A stretch of 64,000 nucleotides of DNA from an uncultured Pelagibacteraceae bacterium (lineage in GTDB: Bacteria; Pseudomonadota; Alphaproteobacteria; Pelagibacterales; Pelagibacteraceae), in NCBI GenBank assembly GCA_902604795.1, contig CACKZV010000004.1, positions 5,337 through 69,336 on the forward strand. Direction: 5' to 3'. Below, piece by piece: positions 51,064 to 60,176 of the stretch; positions within the stretch are counted from its first letter, which is position 1; every line of letters begins with the position of its first letter. The position numbers and the translations under genes are program-made. The notes below the pieces were generated by a model. The model made no database searches. It saw only the letters and a program-made list of their open reading frames with translations, and was not told the origin of the DNA.

Positions 51064-52017
51064 TACATCCTCTTCACTTATTGTCTCAATATCATCTGAA
51101 TTATTTAGAATTTTAGAGTCTAGAATTTCTATATTGTCAATTTTAGGTGCAAATTTCTTGGAATTTGTAGGACCAAATAATACAATCATAGGAATATTTG
51201 CAAGACCAATCATATGCATTATTCCATTGTCTATCGATATAGCTTTTTCTAACCTAGTTGCCATAGCAGTTATTAAAGCTGGACAAGATAAATTTGTTTC
51301 GATTTCAGGAAATAAAGCTGAATTTATCTCTAATTTAATATTATCTATCAAATCATTATCATTATCATTTAGAAAGAATACTGGTTTATAACCCTTATTA
51401 ATTATTGATTTTGATAAATTAATAAATTTATTTAAAGACCAGGATTTTTTTCTATAAGCATTTCCCTGAGTTAAGGATATTCCTATATATTTTTTTTCTG
51501 GTAATAATCTTTTAGCTTCATCAAAATATTTTGAGTTTATATTTTTTATATCATATTTCTGAATAGGAATTTCTTTATCTATTAATTTTCCGACATTGCT
51601 TAAAATCAAATTTAAATTATTTTTTGTACTCATATAATTTTTTTTATTTGTAGAAAAAAAATAATTAAGTGTGGATGAGTAAAAATACTTACTAGGAATT
51701 CTATTAAGTACTAATGTATTTCTAATTTTTGATTGAAGATCTACTATTAAATCGAATTTATCTATTGAATTTTTATTAAAAAATTTTTTTGCTAAAAATA
51801 AATGTTTCCACCTAAAACCAAAATATTTAAGGTTCATTTCAAAAGTTGGTATATCAATAGAATATTCTTTTAAACTTCCTTGGAAGTGGTTAGTATGCGC
51901 ACCTAAATAGAATACAGAAGCATGTTTAAAATTAATTTTTAAACTTGTAACTAGATCAAACAATTGGATGCTATCACCAAGTCCACCTCCAGAATTATAA
52001 ATAAGAATATTTTTCAT
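51049..52017 (-). CDS. Glycosyltransferase family 9
   Basis: GGGLGD, DLQ, DNGIMH and LFGPT motifs. Confidence 0.88.
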   Translation of the reverse strand: MKNILIYNSGGGLGDSIQLFDLVTSLKINFKHASVFYLGAHTNHFQGSLKEYSIDIPTFEMNLKYFGFRWKHLFLAKKFFNKNSIDKFDLIVDLQSKIRNTLVLNRIPSKYFYSSTLNYFFSTNKKNYMSTKNNLNLILSNVGKLIDKEIPIQKYDIKNINSKYFDEAKRLLPEKKYIGISLTQGNAYRKKSWSLNKFINLSKSIINKGYKPVFFLNDNDNDLIDNIKLEINSALFPEIETNLSCPALITAMATRLEKAISIDNGIMHMIGLANIPMIVLFGPTNSKKFAPKIDNIEILDSKILNNSDDIETISEEDVLKFI

Positions 52018-52076
52018 TTTATTGATATTTAAAGATATAATTTAAAATAAAAATAATATAATTTCCTCTATCAAAA

Positions 52077-52763
52077 ATGCTTACAAAAACACAACTATTT
52101 TCAAAGGGTTTTCTTGCCGTTGCACCACACATGTTTTCAGTTATCCCATTTGGCATAATATGTGGAGCAATAGGTATAGAATTAGGCTTTGATCCGGTTT
52201 TAGTTTATGCAATGTCCATTATTATCTTTGGTGGCGCATCTCAAATAGTATTTCTTCAATTGTTATCAGGTGGGGCCTCAGCCTTGATTGCTGTTACCTC
52301 AGTTGGTGTAATAAATTCCAGACATTTATTATATGGTGCAGTTTTGTCTGAATACCTAGAAAAATTATCATTTATTAAAAAGTTATTAATCTCCTACATT
52401 GTGGTAGATCAAGGTTTTGCCGAGAGTAATAAATTTTTCATGAAAAATAAAACTGAGCAACATTTACATTATCATTTAATTGGGAGTGGTGTAACACTTT
52501 GGATTTTTTGGCAGTTATCAACTTTAGCAGGTATAGTTCTAGGATCTTTTGTACCAGAAGAACTAGGTTTAAAATTTGCAATCCCTTTAACCTTTATAGC
52601 AATTGTTGTTCAAGATTTAAAAAAATTAGATCATGTAATAGTTATGATTACGTGTGGGTTAAGTTCATTGTTATTTTTTGATGCACCTTTTAAATCATAC
52701 ATAATCATCTCACCTATAATTGCATTATTTGTTGCAGCGCTAGTTTTGAGGTTAAAAAAATGA
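52077..52763 (+). CDS. azlC: AzlC family branched-chain amino acid exporter
   Basis: MSIIIFGGASQ and NSRHLLYG motifs. Confidence 0.9.
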   Translation: MLTKTQLFSKGFLAVAPHMFSVIPFGIICGAIGIELGFDPVLVYAMSIIIFGGASQIVFLQLLSGGASALIAVTSVGVINSRHLLYGAVLSEYLEKLSFIKKLLISYIVVDQGFAESNKFFMKNKTEQHLHYHLIGSGVTLWIFWQLSTLAGIVLGSFVPEELGLKFAIPLTFIAIVVQDLKKLDHVIVMITCGLSSLLFFDAPFKSYIIISPIIALFVAALVLRLKK

Positions 52764-53071
52764 CTTGGCTAACAATTATAATTGCAGGAATAATTACTTA
52801 TTTTACTAGGATGACTATGGTTGCATTAGTCGATAGGGATTTATTAGGTGAAAGAGTAAAAGAGGTCTTAGCTTATGTTCCTTCAGCAGTATTTCCAGCA
52901 ATAATATTTCCTGGAATATTTATTAATGATTATGGAACATTTATAGAAATAAATGATCCTAAAATCTTTGGTGCAATAATTGCAATATTAGTTGGTTACT
53001 TTTCCAGAAATGTAATAGCGACAATATTATCTGGATTATCCTCTTACTGGGTTATTATTTTCTTACTATAA
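52760..53071 (+). CDS. azlD: AzlD domain protein
   Basis: TYFTR and LAYVPSAVFPA motifs; coupled to azlC. Confidence 0.88.
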   Translation: MTWLTIIIAGIITYFTRMTMVALVDRDLLGERVKEVLAYVPSAVFPAIIFPGIFINDYGTFIEINDPKIFGAIIAILVGYFSRNVIATILSGLSSYWVIIFLL

Positions 53072-53099
53072 AATTATTTTATCCGCTATTAATTAACAA

Positions 53100-53342
53100 A
53101 TGAAATTTTTTACTTACATATTATTATTTATATTTATTTATGGGTGTGCAGCACAAGAGGTAAACAATATTAAATATAAATTTAGAACAAAAGATATTGT
53201 TAAAAAAGATTGTAAAAAAGCAATAGAACAAAAAAAATTTAGTATGAGAGATGATATAACATCAAAAAATTTTAGTTTGCAATATGCTAAAGTATTTAAT
53301 GCAAATAATAAGATTAAAAGAGCATGTGATCCTTACAGATAA
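53100..53342 (+). CDS. Small hypothetical lipoprotein
   Basis: MKFFTYILLFIFIYGC lipobox-like signal; two further Cys. Confidence 0.6.
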   Translation: MKFFTYILLFIFIYGCAAQEVNNIKYKFRTKDIVKKDCKKAIEQKKFSMRDDITSKNFSLQYAKVFNANNKIKRACDPYR

Positions 53343-53383
53343 TTAATCTATTAAAAATAATAATTTTATTATAAAATTCACAC

Positions 53384-54283
53384 ATGAGTATCACTAGATC
53401 AGAGACAAACTTTTATAAAAAGAATGGCTATTTAGTTAAAGATCAGCTTATTTCAAAGAAAGATATAAATAAATTAAATGTACTCATTAATAAAATCGTA
53501 AAGAAAGAAAAGAACAATAAAAAAAAAGTTAAAGATCAAGGTGGAACACAAAGTTACAACAATTATCACTTTGTATTCAATAGCAACTCTTCAAAAAATA
53601 AAGAAATATTAAGATTAAATAACCCTCAAAATAACAATAAATTATTTTATGATTTATCAAGAAATAAAAAGATTATTGATATTGTTAAAAAGCTTATTGG
53701 TGGAACAGTAAGATTTCATCTTGGAAAATTAAATTTTAAATTACCTAATAAGAAAAAAGGAAGTTTAGTCGATTGGCACCAAGACTTTGCTTTTTACCCT
53801 CATACAAATGATGATTTAATAACAGTAGGCATCTATCTTGAAGATTGTCATGAAAAGAATGGTCCTTTAAAAGTTATTAAAGGCTCTCATAAAAAAGAAC
53901 TATTTAGTCATCATAATAACGATAATTATTTTGTAGGTAAAATTAATACCAAAAAAAATAAAATTAATTTAAAAAAATCAGTTTCTTTAACTGGAAAAGC
54001 AGGTTCAGTTGCTTTCTTTCATTGTCGAACAATTCATGGTTCAGGTTTAAATCATACTAATGGCTCAAGACCCTTAATATTATTTGGTTATAGAGCATGT
54101 GATGCATGGCCAATTATAAATGATGGTAATCCACATCCAGAGACAAACTTTGAAAATTATGATGCAAATATTATCTATGGAAAAAAATCAATAGTACCAA
54201 GATGCACTGATGTACCTGTGATTATTCCATTACCTAAAAAGAAACACTACGTTTCTATTTATCAACTTCAAAATAGTAATTAA
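53384..54283 (+). CDS. Phytanoyl-CoA dioxygenase (PhyH) family Fe(II)/2-oxoglutarate oxygenase
   Basis: FYKKNGYLV, WHQD, NGPLKVIKGSH and HGS...N...R motifs. Confidence 0.9.
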   Translation: MSITRSETNFYKKNGYLVKDQLISKKDINKLNVLINKIVKKEKNNKKKVKDQGGTQSYNNYHFVFNSNSSKNKEILRLNNPQNNNKLFYDLSRNKKIIDIVKKLIGGTVRFHLGKLNFKLPNKKKGSLVDWHQDFAFYPHTNDDLITVGIYLEDCHEKNGPLKVIKGSHKKELFSHHNNDNYFVGKINTKKNKINLKKSVSLTGKAGSVAFFHCRTIHGSGLNHTNGSRPLILFGYRACDAWPIINDGNPHPETNFENYDANIIYGKKSIVPRCTDVPVIIPLPKKKHYVSIYQLQNSN

Positions 54284-54336
54284 AATATAATTCCAAAAAG
54301 ACTCAGTATAAGTAGAGCTTCCATTCCAACAAACAT
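54280..54336 (-). CDS. Putative 18-aa hydrophobic micro-protein MFVGMEALLILSLFGIIF
   Basis: Own translation. ATG lies 2 nt after the stop of the 46-aa ORF, and the stop overlaps the convergent PhyH stop. Confidence 0.35.
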   Translation of the reverse strand: MFVGMEALLILSLFGIIF

Positions 54337-54338
54337 AA

Positions 54339-54479
54339 TTAGTTTTTACGGGTTATATAGGTTTGTTCTTGATTATGTTTTTCAATTGCCCATTCATCAT
54401 TTGCACGAGTATGTGGATGGACAATTAGGAGAATCACAAAAGCAACTAAATGAAGAAAAAAAAATAATGATAATCTCAC
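54339..54479 (-). CDS. Putative 46-aa secreted or membrane-anchored peptide
   Basis: Own translation, GTG start: MRLSLFFFLHLVAFVILLIVHPHTRANDEWAIEKHNQEQTYITRKN; signal-like N-terminus. Confidence 0.45.
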   Translation of the reverse strand: MRLSLFFFLHLVAFVILLIVHPHTRANDEWAIEKHNQEQTYITRKN

Positions 54480-54588
54480 GATTCTATTTTTAAAATATTG
54501 ATTTGTTTTAATTAGGTTCTAATTTCGTTATGAATATGAATTATTATCACATTTCAAACACATATTATTTTAGGTATAAGGTTAATAT

Positions 54589-54657
54589 ATGAAATATATT
54601 TTATTAGGTGCTGCAATTGCTTTTGCCATGTATTTAGGTGATAAATACATACTTTAA
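54589..54657 (+). CDS. Putative 22-aa single-helix micro-protein MKYILLGAAIAFAMYLGDKYIL
   Basis: Own translation; TAAGGT SD-like motif 6 nt upstream. Confidence 0.45.
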   Translation: MKYILLGAAIAFAMYLGDKYIL

Positions 54658-54673
54658 AAGCTTTAAAAAAATT

Positions 54674-55585
54674 TTAAAAGTTTAAGTTTTTAACTAAATT
54701 TTCCTTAACAATAATAAAGTTTCCACAAACCTGATGATTTCCTTTAAGGTTATCCAACATTGAATGAATGTTATCTAAAGTAAGCTTTTTTCCTGATATA
54801 TCTAAGATGCAGAGATCGTTTTCTTTTAAAAAGTTACCAAAATCACTTTTTGAGTATATTTCACTTGCAACTGCCATTTTAGAAAATTCGACTAATAAGA
54901 CAGTAAAATAATTTTTAATTAAGTTTTTTGAGCCATAAATAGCGTTTATATCATAACCTTCTAAGTCAATTTTAATTAATAATCTTGTTTCACTTGTAAC
55001 ATCTATTCGAGCATTACTAATAAATTTATCTAATGTTGTAACATCGATCATTTTGATTTCATTTGTTTCATTTTCATCCTCAATGATTAACCCACCCTTT
55101 GTTGAGTTTTTTTCTAAATTATCATTTTTAAATTTGAAAGAACCTTCTTTATCTCCAATACCTAAATATGAGGTTTCAATATTTTCAATATTATTTAATG
55201 AAATATTTTGATTTAAGTACTCCATTTCTTGGACAGAAGGCTCAAAAGCTATTATCTTACAATTTTTATTTGAGGCCGCTATTGGTATAGTGTAAAAACC
55301 TTGGTTTGCTCCACAATCAATAAATATGGATTTATCATCGATATTTTTTATAAAAAAATTTATTTCCCTTTCATCATGTAAAGCAACTTTACTAAGTAAT
55401 GATCTACTATAATTTTTTCTTTGCGGATAAGAATAGAAAAAAAATTTTCCAAAATTAAGTTTAATTGGTCCAGTTACAAATGATTTAAAGAGTGTAAAAA
55501 TAATATAAAAGATTTTTTTTTTTAACTTGGTATTTATTCTATAATGTGGATAAAGATCACATATTTTTTGAAATATTTTGTCCAT
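54674..55585 (-). CDS. FkbM family methyltransferase
   Basis: FIDCGANQGFY, AFEP and KIDLEGYD motifs. Confidence 0.9.
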   Translation of the reverse strand: MDKIFQKICDLYPHYRINTKLKKKIFYIIFTLFKSFVTGPIKLNFGKFFFYSYPQRKNYSRSLLSKVALHDEREINFFIKNIDDKSIFIDCGANQGFYTIPIAASNKNCKIIAFEPSVQEMEYLNQNISLNNIENIETSYLGIGDKEGSFKFKNDNLEKNSTKGGLIIEDENETNEIKMIDVTTLDKFISNARIDVTSETRLLIKIDLEGYDINAIYGSKNLIKNYFTVLLVEFSKMAVASEIYSKSDFGNFLKENDLCILDISGKKLTLDNIHSMLDNLKGNHQVCGNFIIVKENLVKNLNF

Positions 55586-55691
55586 TTAAGAATATTTTTA
55601 CTATCTATTTAAATTATTGTCTTTATTTTTAATCATTTTATACGTCAATATTATACACCAATTACTATTAAAAATTTGATAAGAACGAAAT

Positions 55692-56135
55692 ATGAGTGCT
55701 GAAACTTTTAAACTTAGTTGGAATTGTAAACACACCTGGAAAAGAAGTGCCAAAAATACAGCTTGGTGTTTATTGGGTTGTGCAATAGGTGACTTTGGAA
55801 CTATATTATTTTTTCAATTAACTAAAATTCCTTTTCCAGTTTTAAGTATAATGGTTCTAGCTATAATTAATGGTCTAATAACAAGTATAATTTTAGAGAC
55901 ATTTATTTTAATTAAGCAAAATTTTACTTTTCAAAAAGCATTAAAGACCGCATTAGGCATGAGCTTTATTTCTATGATTAGTATGGAAATTGCAATGAAT
56001 GTAACAGATTATGTATTAACGGGTGGTGCAATGCTTACTTGGTGGGTAGTACCAATAATGTTAGCAGTTGGATTTGTTACTCCTTGGCCTTACAATTATT
56101 GGAGACTTAAAAAGTATAATCAAGCTTGTCATTAA
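55692..56135 (+). CDS. DUF4396-like membrane protein
   Basis: TAWCLLGCAIGD, SMISMEIAMN and PWPYNYWRL motifs. Confidence 0.8.
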   Translation: MSAETFKLSWNCKHTWKRSAKNTAWCLLGCAIGDFGTILFFQLTKIPFPVLSIMVLAIINGLITSIILETFILIKQNFTFQKALKTALGMSFISMISMEIAMNVTDYVLTGGAMLTWWVVPIMLAVGFVTPWPYNYWRLKKYNQACH

Positions 56136-56162
56136 ATTAAATTAATTAACCAAAGGACTAAA

Positions 56163-56348
56163 ATGAGAATATTAAAAGAATTAGAAGATGCAAAATTAGT
56201 TATTGTTGATTTAGAAGTAAGACTAGGTGAGGAAGTTAGAAGTGCACCAACATTATGTGCAAAATATAAAGGAAAAATTATACCTCTAAACACTGCACAT
56301 GACGGTAGACCAATATTAATGAAAGAAGAAAATTCAATAGAAAACTAA
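56163..56348 (+). CDS. Small hypothetical protein
   Basis: 61 aa with AAAGGA SD, inside an operon. Confidence 0.7.
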   Translation: MRILKELEDAKLVIVDLEVRLGEEVRSAPTLCAKYKGKIIPLNTAHDGRPILMKEENSIEN

Positions 56349-56351
56349 ATT

Positions 56352-56741
56352 ATGATTGAACAAATTAGTATTTATTTAACAGCAATGATTTTAGGAATTA
56401 TGTTATTCTTTTCATTCGTTATTGCTCCAGTAGTGTTTACCACTTTAGACGAAGATAATGCTCGTAAGTTTATAAGAAGAATATTTCCTTTTTATTATAA
56501 CGTCAATTTAGGAATAAGCTTTATTGTTCTATTAACATTTATATTTTTGGGTAAATTAGGAATTTATTTCTATTTTATTTTAGCGATCACACTTTTGTTT
56601 GCTACTTCAAACTATTTACTAATGCCTTTGATTAATAAATATAGAGATGAAAAGCAGGATAAAAAATTTAAATATTCACACTTTATATCTGTTCTGATTA
56701 ATTTTATTCAGATGATACTTTTAGTTGTTTTACTTATTTAA
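56352..56741 (+). CDS. DUF4149 family membrane protein
   Basis: FSFVIAPVVF...IFPFYY and FKYSHFISVLIN motifs. Confidence 0.8.
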   Translation: MIEQISIYLTAMILGIMLFFSFVIAPVVFTTLDEDNARKFIRRIFPFYYNVNLGISFIVLLTFIFLGKLGIYFYFILAITLLFATSNYLLMPLINKYRDEKQDKKFKYSHFISVLINFIQMILLVVLLI

Positions 56742-56805
56742 CGTGTAACATTTCTTAAAAAGAATTAGATCTAAATCACTTTTAGTTATTTAACCTCAAT
56801 ATTTT

Positions 56806-58026
56806 TTAAATATAACGCATGTTATCTTCGTTAACTGCTTTTTCTAATCTTATTAAAAAATCTGGTATTGCACTTTTAACCCTACTCCATGTAGGTATAA
56901 ATGGTGTATCCATTGGATTTTGATAAAAAGCATCACCTGCTTTCATAATATTAGCAGCAAATAATTCAACGGCTTTTTCCTCTGTATGAGAGTCAAATTT
57001 TAGTCCATTCATTTGAGCATCATTTCTATATGCATCTATTAAATCAAGAGCTGCCCTATAGTATGTTGCTTTTAGTGATCTGAATTGTTCTTTACTGAAT
57101 GAATGACCCTGTGTTGCTAATTTCTTTATAAATGTTTTAATTATATCAATAGACATTCTTGATAGTCCTTTTTTTTCATCATTTATAGATAAATTTTGAT
57201 GTTTGTGATCATAAGTATCAGCTAAATCTACCTGGCATATATTTTGAGGAGAAAAATTTCGTTGCATCTCAGATAATATTCCAATTTCTATCCCCCAATC
57301 TGATGAAATTCTTAGTTCTGGTAAAATATTCCTTCTAAATGAAAACTCTCCTGCGAGTGGATATTTAAAAGATTTCATAAAGTTTATGTAATCGCTATTT
57401 CCTATAGTTTTCTCTAATGCATTTAATAAAGGAAAAACAAGTAATCTAGCAACTCTTCCATTCATTTTATTGTCCGCAACTCTTGGGTAAAAACCTTTAC
57501 AAAATTCAAAATTAAATAAAGGATTTACAACAGGATAGAATAGTTTTGCTAACATTCTACGATCATATGTCTTAATATCACAATCATGTAATGCTACTGA
57601 TCTTGCACTGTCTCTTGCTATAGACATTCCTATACAATACCAAACATTTCTACCTTTCCCATACTCATTTGGAGCAAGTCCAAATTTTTTTAATTCTTTA
57701 TCCAATTTTTTTAGGTTAGGACCATCATTCCAAAGAATTGTAAATGGTGTTTCTAATTTTTCAAAAAAAGTCCAAGCATTTCTTGCTTGAGCCTCTGTAG
57801 CTTTATCTAAACCAATAATTATATGATTTAAATAATTTGTTTTACTTATTTCGCTAACAATTTTTGGTAACGCATCACCTTTTAATTCTGAATAAAGGCA
57901 AGGTAAGATAAGCTCCATTTTTCTTTCTTTGGAAAATTTTAATAGATCTTTTTCTAGATCCTTTGTTGATTTAGTCCCAAAATCATGAAGCGTTGATATA
58001 GTGCCATCTTGATAGAAATCGCTCAT
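56806..58026 (-). CDS. gpgS: Glucosyl-3-phosphoglycerate synthase (glucosylglycerate synthesis)
   Basis: DFYQDGTISTLH, GKGRNVW, LHDCDI, GRVARL, YPLAGEF and YDHKHQ motifs. Confidence 0.88.
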   Translation of the reverse strand: MSDFYQDGTISTLHDFGTKSTKDLEKDLLKFSKERKMELILPCLYSELKGDALPKIVSEISKTNYLNHIIIGLDKATEAQARNAWTFFEKLETPFTILWNDGPNLKKLDKELKKFGLAPNEYGKGRNVWYCIGMSIARDSARSVALHDCDIKTYDRRMLAKLFYPVVNPLFNFEFCKGFYPRVADNKMNGRVARLLVFPLLNALEKTIGNSDYINFMKSFKYPLAGEFSFRRNILPELRISSDWGIEIGILSEMQRNFSPQNICQVDLADTYDHKHQNLSINDEKKGLSRMSIDIIKTFIKKLATQGHSFSKEQFRSLKATYYRAALDLIDAYRNDAQMNGLKFDSHTEEKAVELFAANIMKAGDAFYQNPMDTPFIPTWSRVKSAIPDFLIRLEKAVNEDNMRYI

Positions 58027-58040
58027 GGCGGCAACCTATC

Positions 58041-58844
58041 CTAAGTTTTTATTTTTTGTATAGCCGTTTTGATCACATCAGCCCATCCCATAGGAGATGG
58101 CTCAGAAGATTTGATTAAATTATCTATATTAATCAACGAACTATCAAAATTATCATTTTTCACTAAACAAGCATAATTGGTTTGTTTTATCATTTCTATA
58201 TCATTGTGATTATCGCCTACACCAATAGTTATTATTTCATCGTCTACTTCTTTACCAATTAATTCAAGTGATTTGGACATTGCTTTCAATTTATTAGTAT
58301 CATCACAAATATTCATTATTCTGCCACCAGATTGAACACTTAACCCTATTTCAGACATATTCATAATTAAATTATTTTTTTCAATATCATCCCCATTAAA
58401 CTGGATTGGTATTGAGTGCATTCTTTTCGTTGCCAGCAACAATTTATCGTAAGGAAGGCCAAAAATTTTAATTTGTTCATCTATTTTTAATTTTAGAATA
58501 GGTTTGATTTTTTGCTTCAATTTCTTTGAGATATTTTCGTTATAAATTTTATAAATTTCATCTGCAGATCTACTCATTAAAATTTTATTGGGTAAATTTT
58601 TATTAATCAAATTTAATCCATGAATTGATGATCCATTTTCAGAAATAAAACTTAGATTTAAATCAAATTGATTATTGAAATCAATTAATTCTGCCTCTGT
58701 TTTGCTAGAGTTAGGAATTATTATTATACCTTCATTTACTAGTTTTCTAAAATAGGTCTCAATAGCATCAAATTTGAATGTATTTTTATCAAGTAAGGAA
58801 CCATCCAGATCTGTAAAAATAATAATTTGTCTTTTCTTTTTCAT
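58041..58844 (-). CDS. gpgP: Mannosyl/glucosyl-3-phosphoglycerate phosphatase (HAD-IIB)
   Basis: FTDLDGSLLD, SSKTEAE, ISENG and GDNHNDIEM motifs; start MKKKRQ at 58844; directly upstream of gpgS. Confidence 0.85.
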   Translation of the reverse strand: MKKKRQIIIFTDLDGSLLDKNTFKFDAIETYFRKLVNEGIIIIPNSSKTEAELIDFNNQFDLNLSFISENGSSIHGLNLINKNLPNKILMSRSADEIYKIYNENISKKLKQKIKPILKLKIDEQIKIFGLPYDKLLLATKRMHSIPIQFNGDDIEKNNLIMNMSEIGLSVQSGGRIMNICDDTNKLKAMSKSLELIGKEVDDEIITIGVGDNHNDIEMIKQTNYACLVKNDNFDSSLINIDNLIKSSEPSPMGWADVIKTAIQKIKT

Positions 58845-58884
58845 AAAGTAATTATTATAATAAACAATTATTGATTTGTAATAT

Positions 58885-59721
58885 ATGAATTTTATAAAAA
58901 ATAATTCTGAAATAGTGATTTGCGATATTGGAGCAAGTCCTTGTGATCCAACAAGACATATAGAAGATCTTTTAGATAATTCAAAATCTTTTTTATTTGG
59001 ATTTGAACCAAATGATGAAGAGTTTAAAAAACTTAAGAACACCGATAACAAGAAATTTTTTTCAAAAGCAATCGGCGATGGTTCTTCTCATACATTAAAT
59101 ATATGTGCATATCCTGGCTGGACTTCATTTCTAGAACCTAACACTGACTATATTAAAAAATTTCATAATTTTGAGGAAGCCTCTAAAATAATTAATAAAG
59201 TAACGGTTAAAACCGAACGATTGGATGATATAAATTTTGAAAAAAAAATAGATTTTTTAAAAATTGATGTTCAAGGTTTTGAAGCAATTATTTTAGAAAA
59301 TGGATCAAAAACTATTTCAGAGACACTCGTAGTCCAATTAGAATTATCGCCTGTACCTCTATATAAAAATGAAAAAAGTTTTTCACATGTTTCAACACAT
59401 ATGGAAAAACTAAATTTTAATTTAAATATGTTCAACAATATTAATACAAGAACATTTAAACCTATGCTTATTAAAAAAAATTCTGCTATTGGTTTACATA
59501 CAATTTTTCAATTAGACTGTGTCTTTGTTAAGAATTATAAAGAGATTGATAAACTAGATGAGGAAAAATTAAAAAAGTTAATTTTGATAATGTTTTACTC
59601 TTATAAATCCTTTGATTTTGTTGATCATTTGATCAATAAATTGGATAAACTTAAAGGAACAAATTATATTCAAGATTACAGAAAATTAATATCATCCCAT
59701 ACAATAAAAAAAAAATATTAA
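58885..59721 (+). CDS. FkbM family methyltransferase
   Basis: DIGA, GFEP and LKIDVQGFE motifs. Confidence 0.9.
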   Translation: MNFIKNNSEIVICDIGASPCDPTRHIEDLLDNSKSFLFGFEPNDEEFKKLKNTDNKKFFSKAIGDGSSHTLNICAYPGWTSFLEPNTDYIKKFHNFEEASKIINKVTVKTERLDDINFEKKIDFLKIDVQGFEAIILENGSKTISETLVVQLELSPVPLYKNEKSFSHVSTHMEKLNFNLNMFNNINTRTFKPMLIKKNSAIGLHTIFQLDCVFVKNYKEIDKLDEEKLKKLILIMFYSYKSFDFVDHLINKLDKLKGTNYIQDYRKLISSHTIKKKY

Positions 59722-59751
59722 AAATGCAGAAAGAGATCAAATTTTTAGAAA

Positions 59752-59931
59752 ATGATAAATGATTTTTTTAATTGGTGTGTTTTAGTTATAGACATTGTAG
59801 GCGATATAACAGGCATGGGTTATGAGCTAACTAATATTGTACTTTTTGTAATACTACAGCCTGCACTAATAATATTGTTTTATGTTTTGTGGAGGCGAGA
59901 AAAAAACAAGAATGATATTAAAAATACTTAA
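59752..59931 (+). CDS. Small membrane protein (59 aa) absent from the ORF track
   Basis: Own translation: MINDFFNWCVLVIDIVGDITGMGYELTNIVLFVILQPALIILFYVLWRREKNKNDIKNT. Confidence 0.65.
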   Translation: MINDFFNWCVLVIDIVGDITGMGYELTNIVLFVILQPALIILFYVLWRREKNKNDIKNT

Positions 59932-60086
59932 AAAAAAACTTCCCAGTAAAGACTAGATTTCTTAAATAGGATTTTATGGGATAACTCGAACCATTCTCGG
60001 ACATAGGGAGACAAAATAAAAAAAATTTACTTATTCATCTTGTTCAATTATAAATATTAGCATAAATACTCATGAAAATAACTCAT

Positions 60087-60172
60087 GCCCTCGTGGTGAA
60101 ATTGGTAGACACAAAGGACTTAAAATCCTTGCCATTTATGGAGTGCCAGTTCGAGTCTGGCCGAGGGCACCA
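60087..60172 (+). tRNA. tRNA-Leu(TAA)
   Basis: GCCCTCG/CGAGGGC acceptor stem, AAGGA-CT-TAA-AA-TCCTT anticodon arm, long variable arm, GTTCGAGT T-loop, encoded CCA. Confidence 0.97.
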
Positions 60173-60176
60173 CTAA

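Noticed and set aside
888-52681. Many 60-106 aa ORFs in the track lying antisense or out of frame inside larger genes (e.g. 888-1145, 12223-12525, 24486-24806, 49433-49750, 51134-51391)
   Set aside because: They are nested in well-supported genes and have no motifs; these are shadow ORFs.
54284-54673. Riboswitch or structured ncRNA in the large gap
   Set aside because: No GC-rich stems or recognisable SAM-V, glycine or TPP motifs seen; micro-ORFs explain the region better. An Rfam scan would settle it.
58845-59051. N-terminal extension of gpgP overlapping the FkbM gene
   Set aside because: The HAD motif I begins just after the ATG at 58844; the extension is antisense to FkbM.
59975-60000. 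GGTTCGAGT on the minus strand resembling a tRNA T-loop or att remnant
   Set aside because: No T-stem or acceptor pairing and no extended match to either tRNA in the window.
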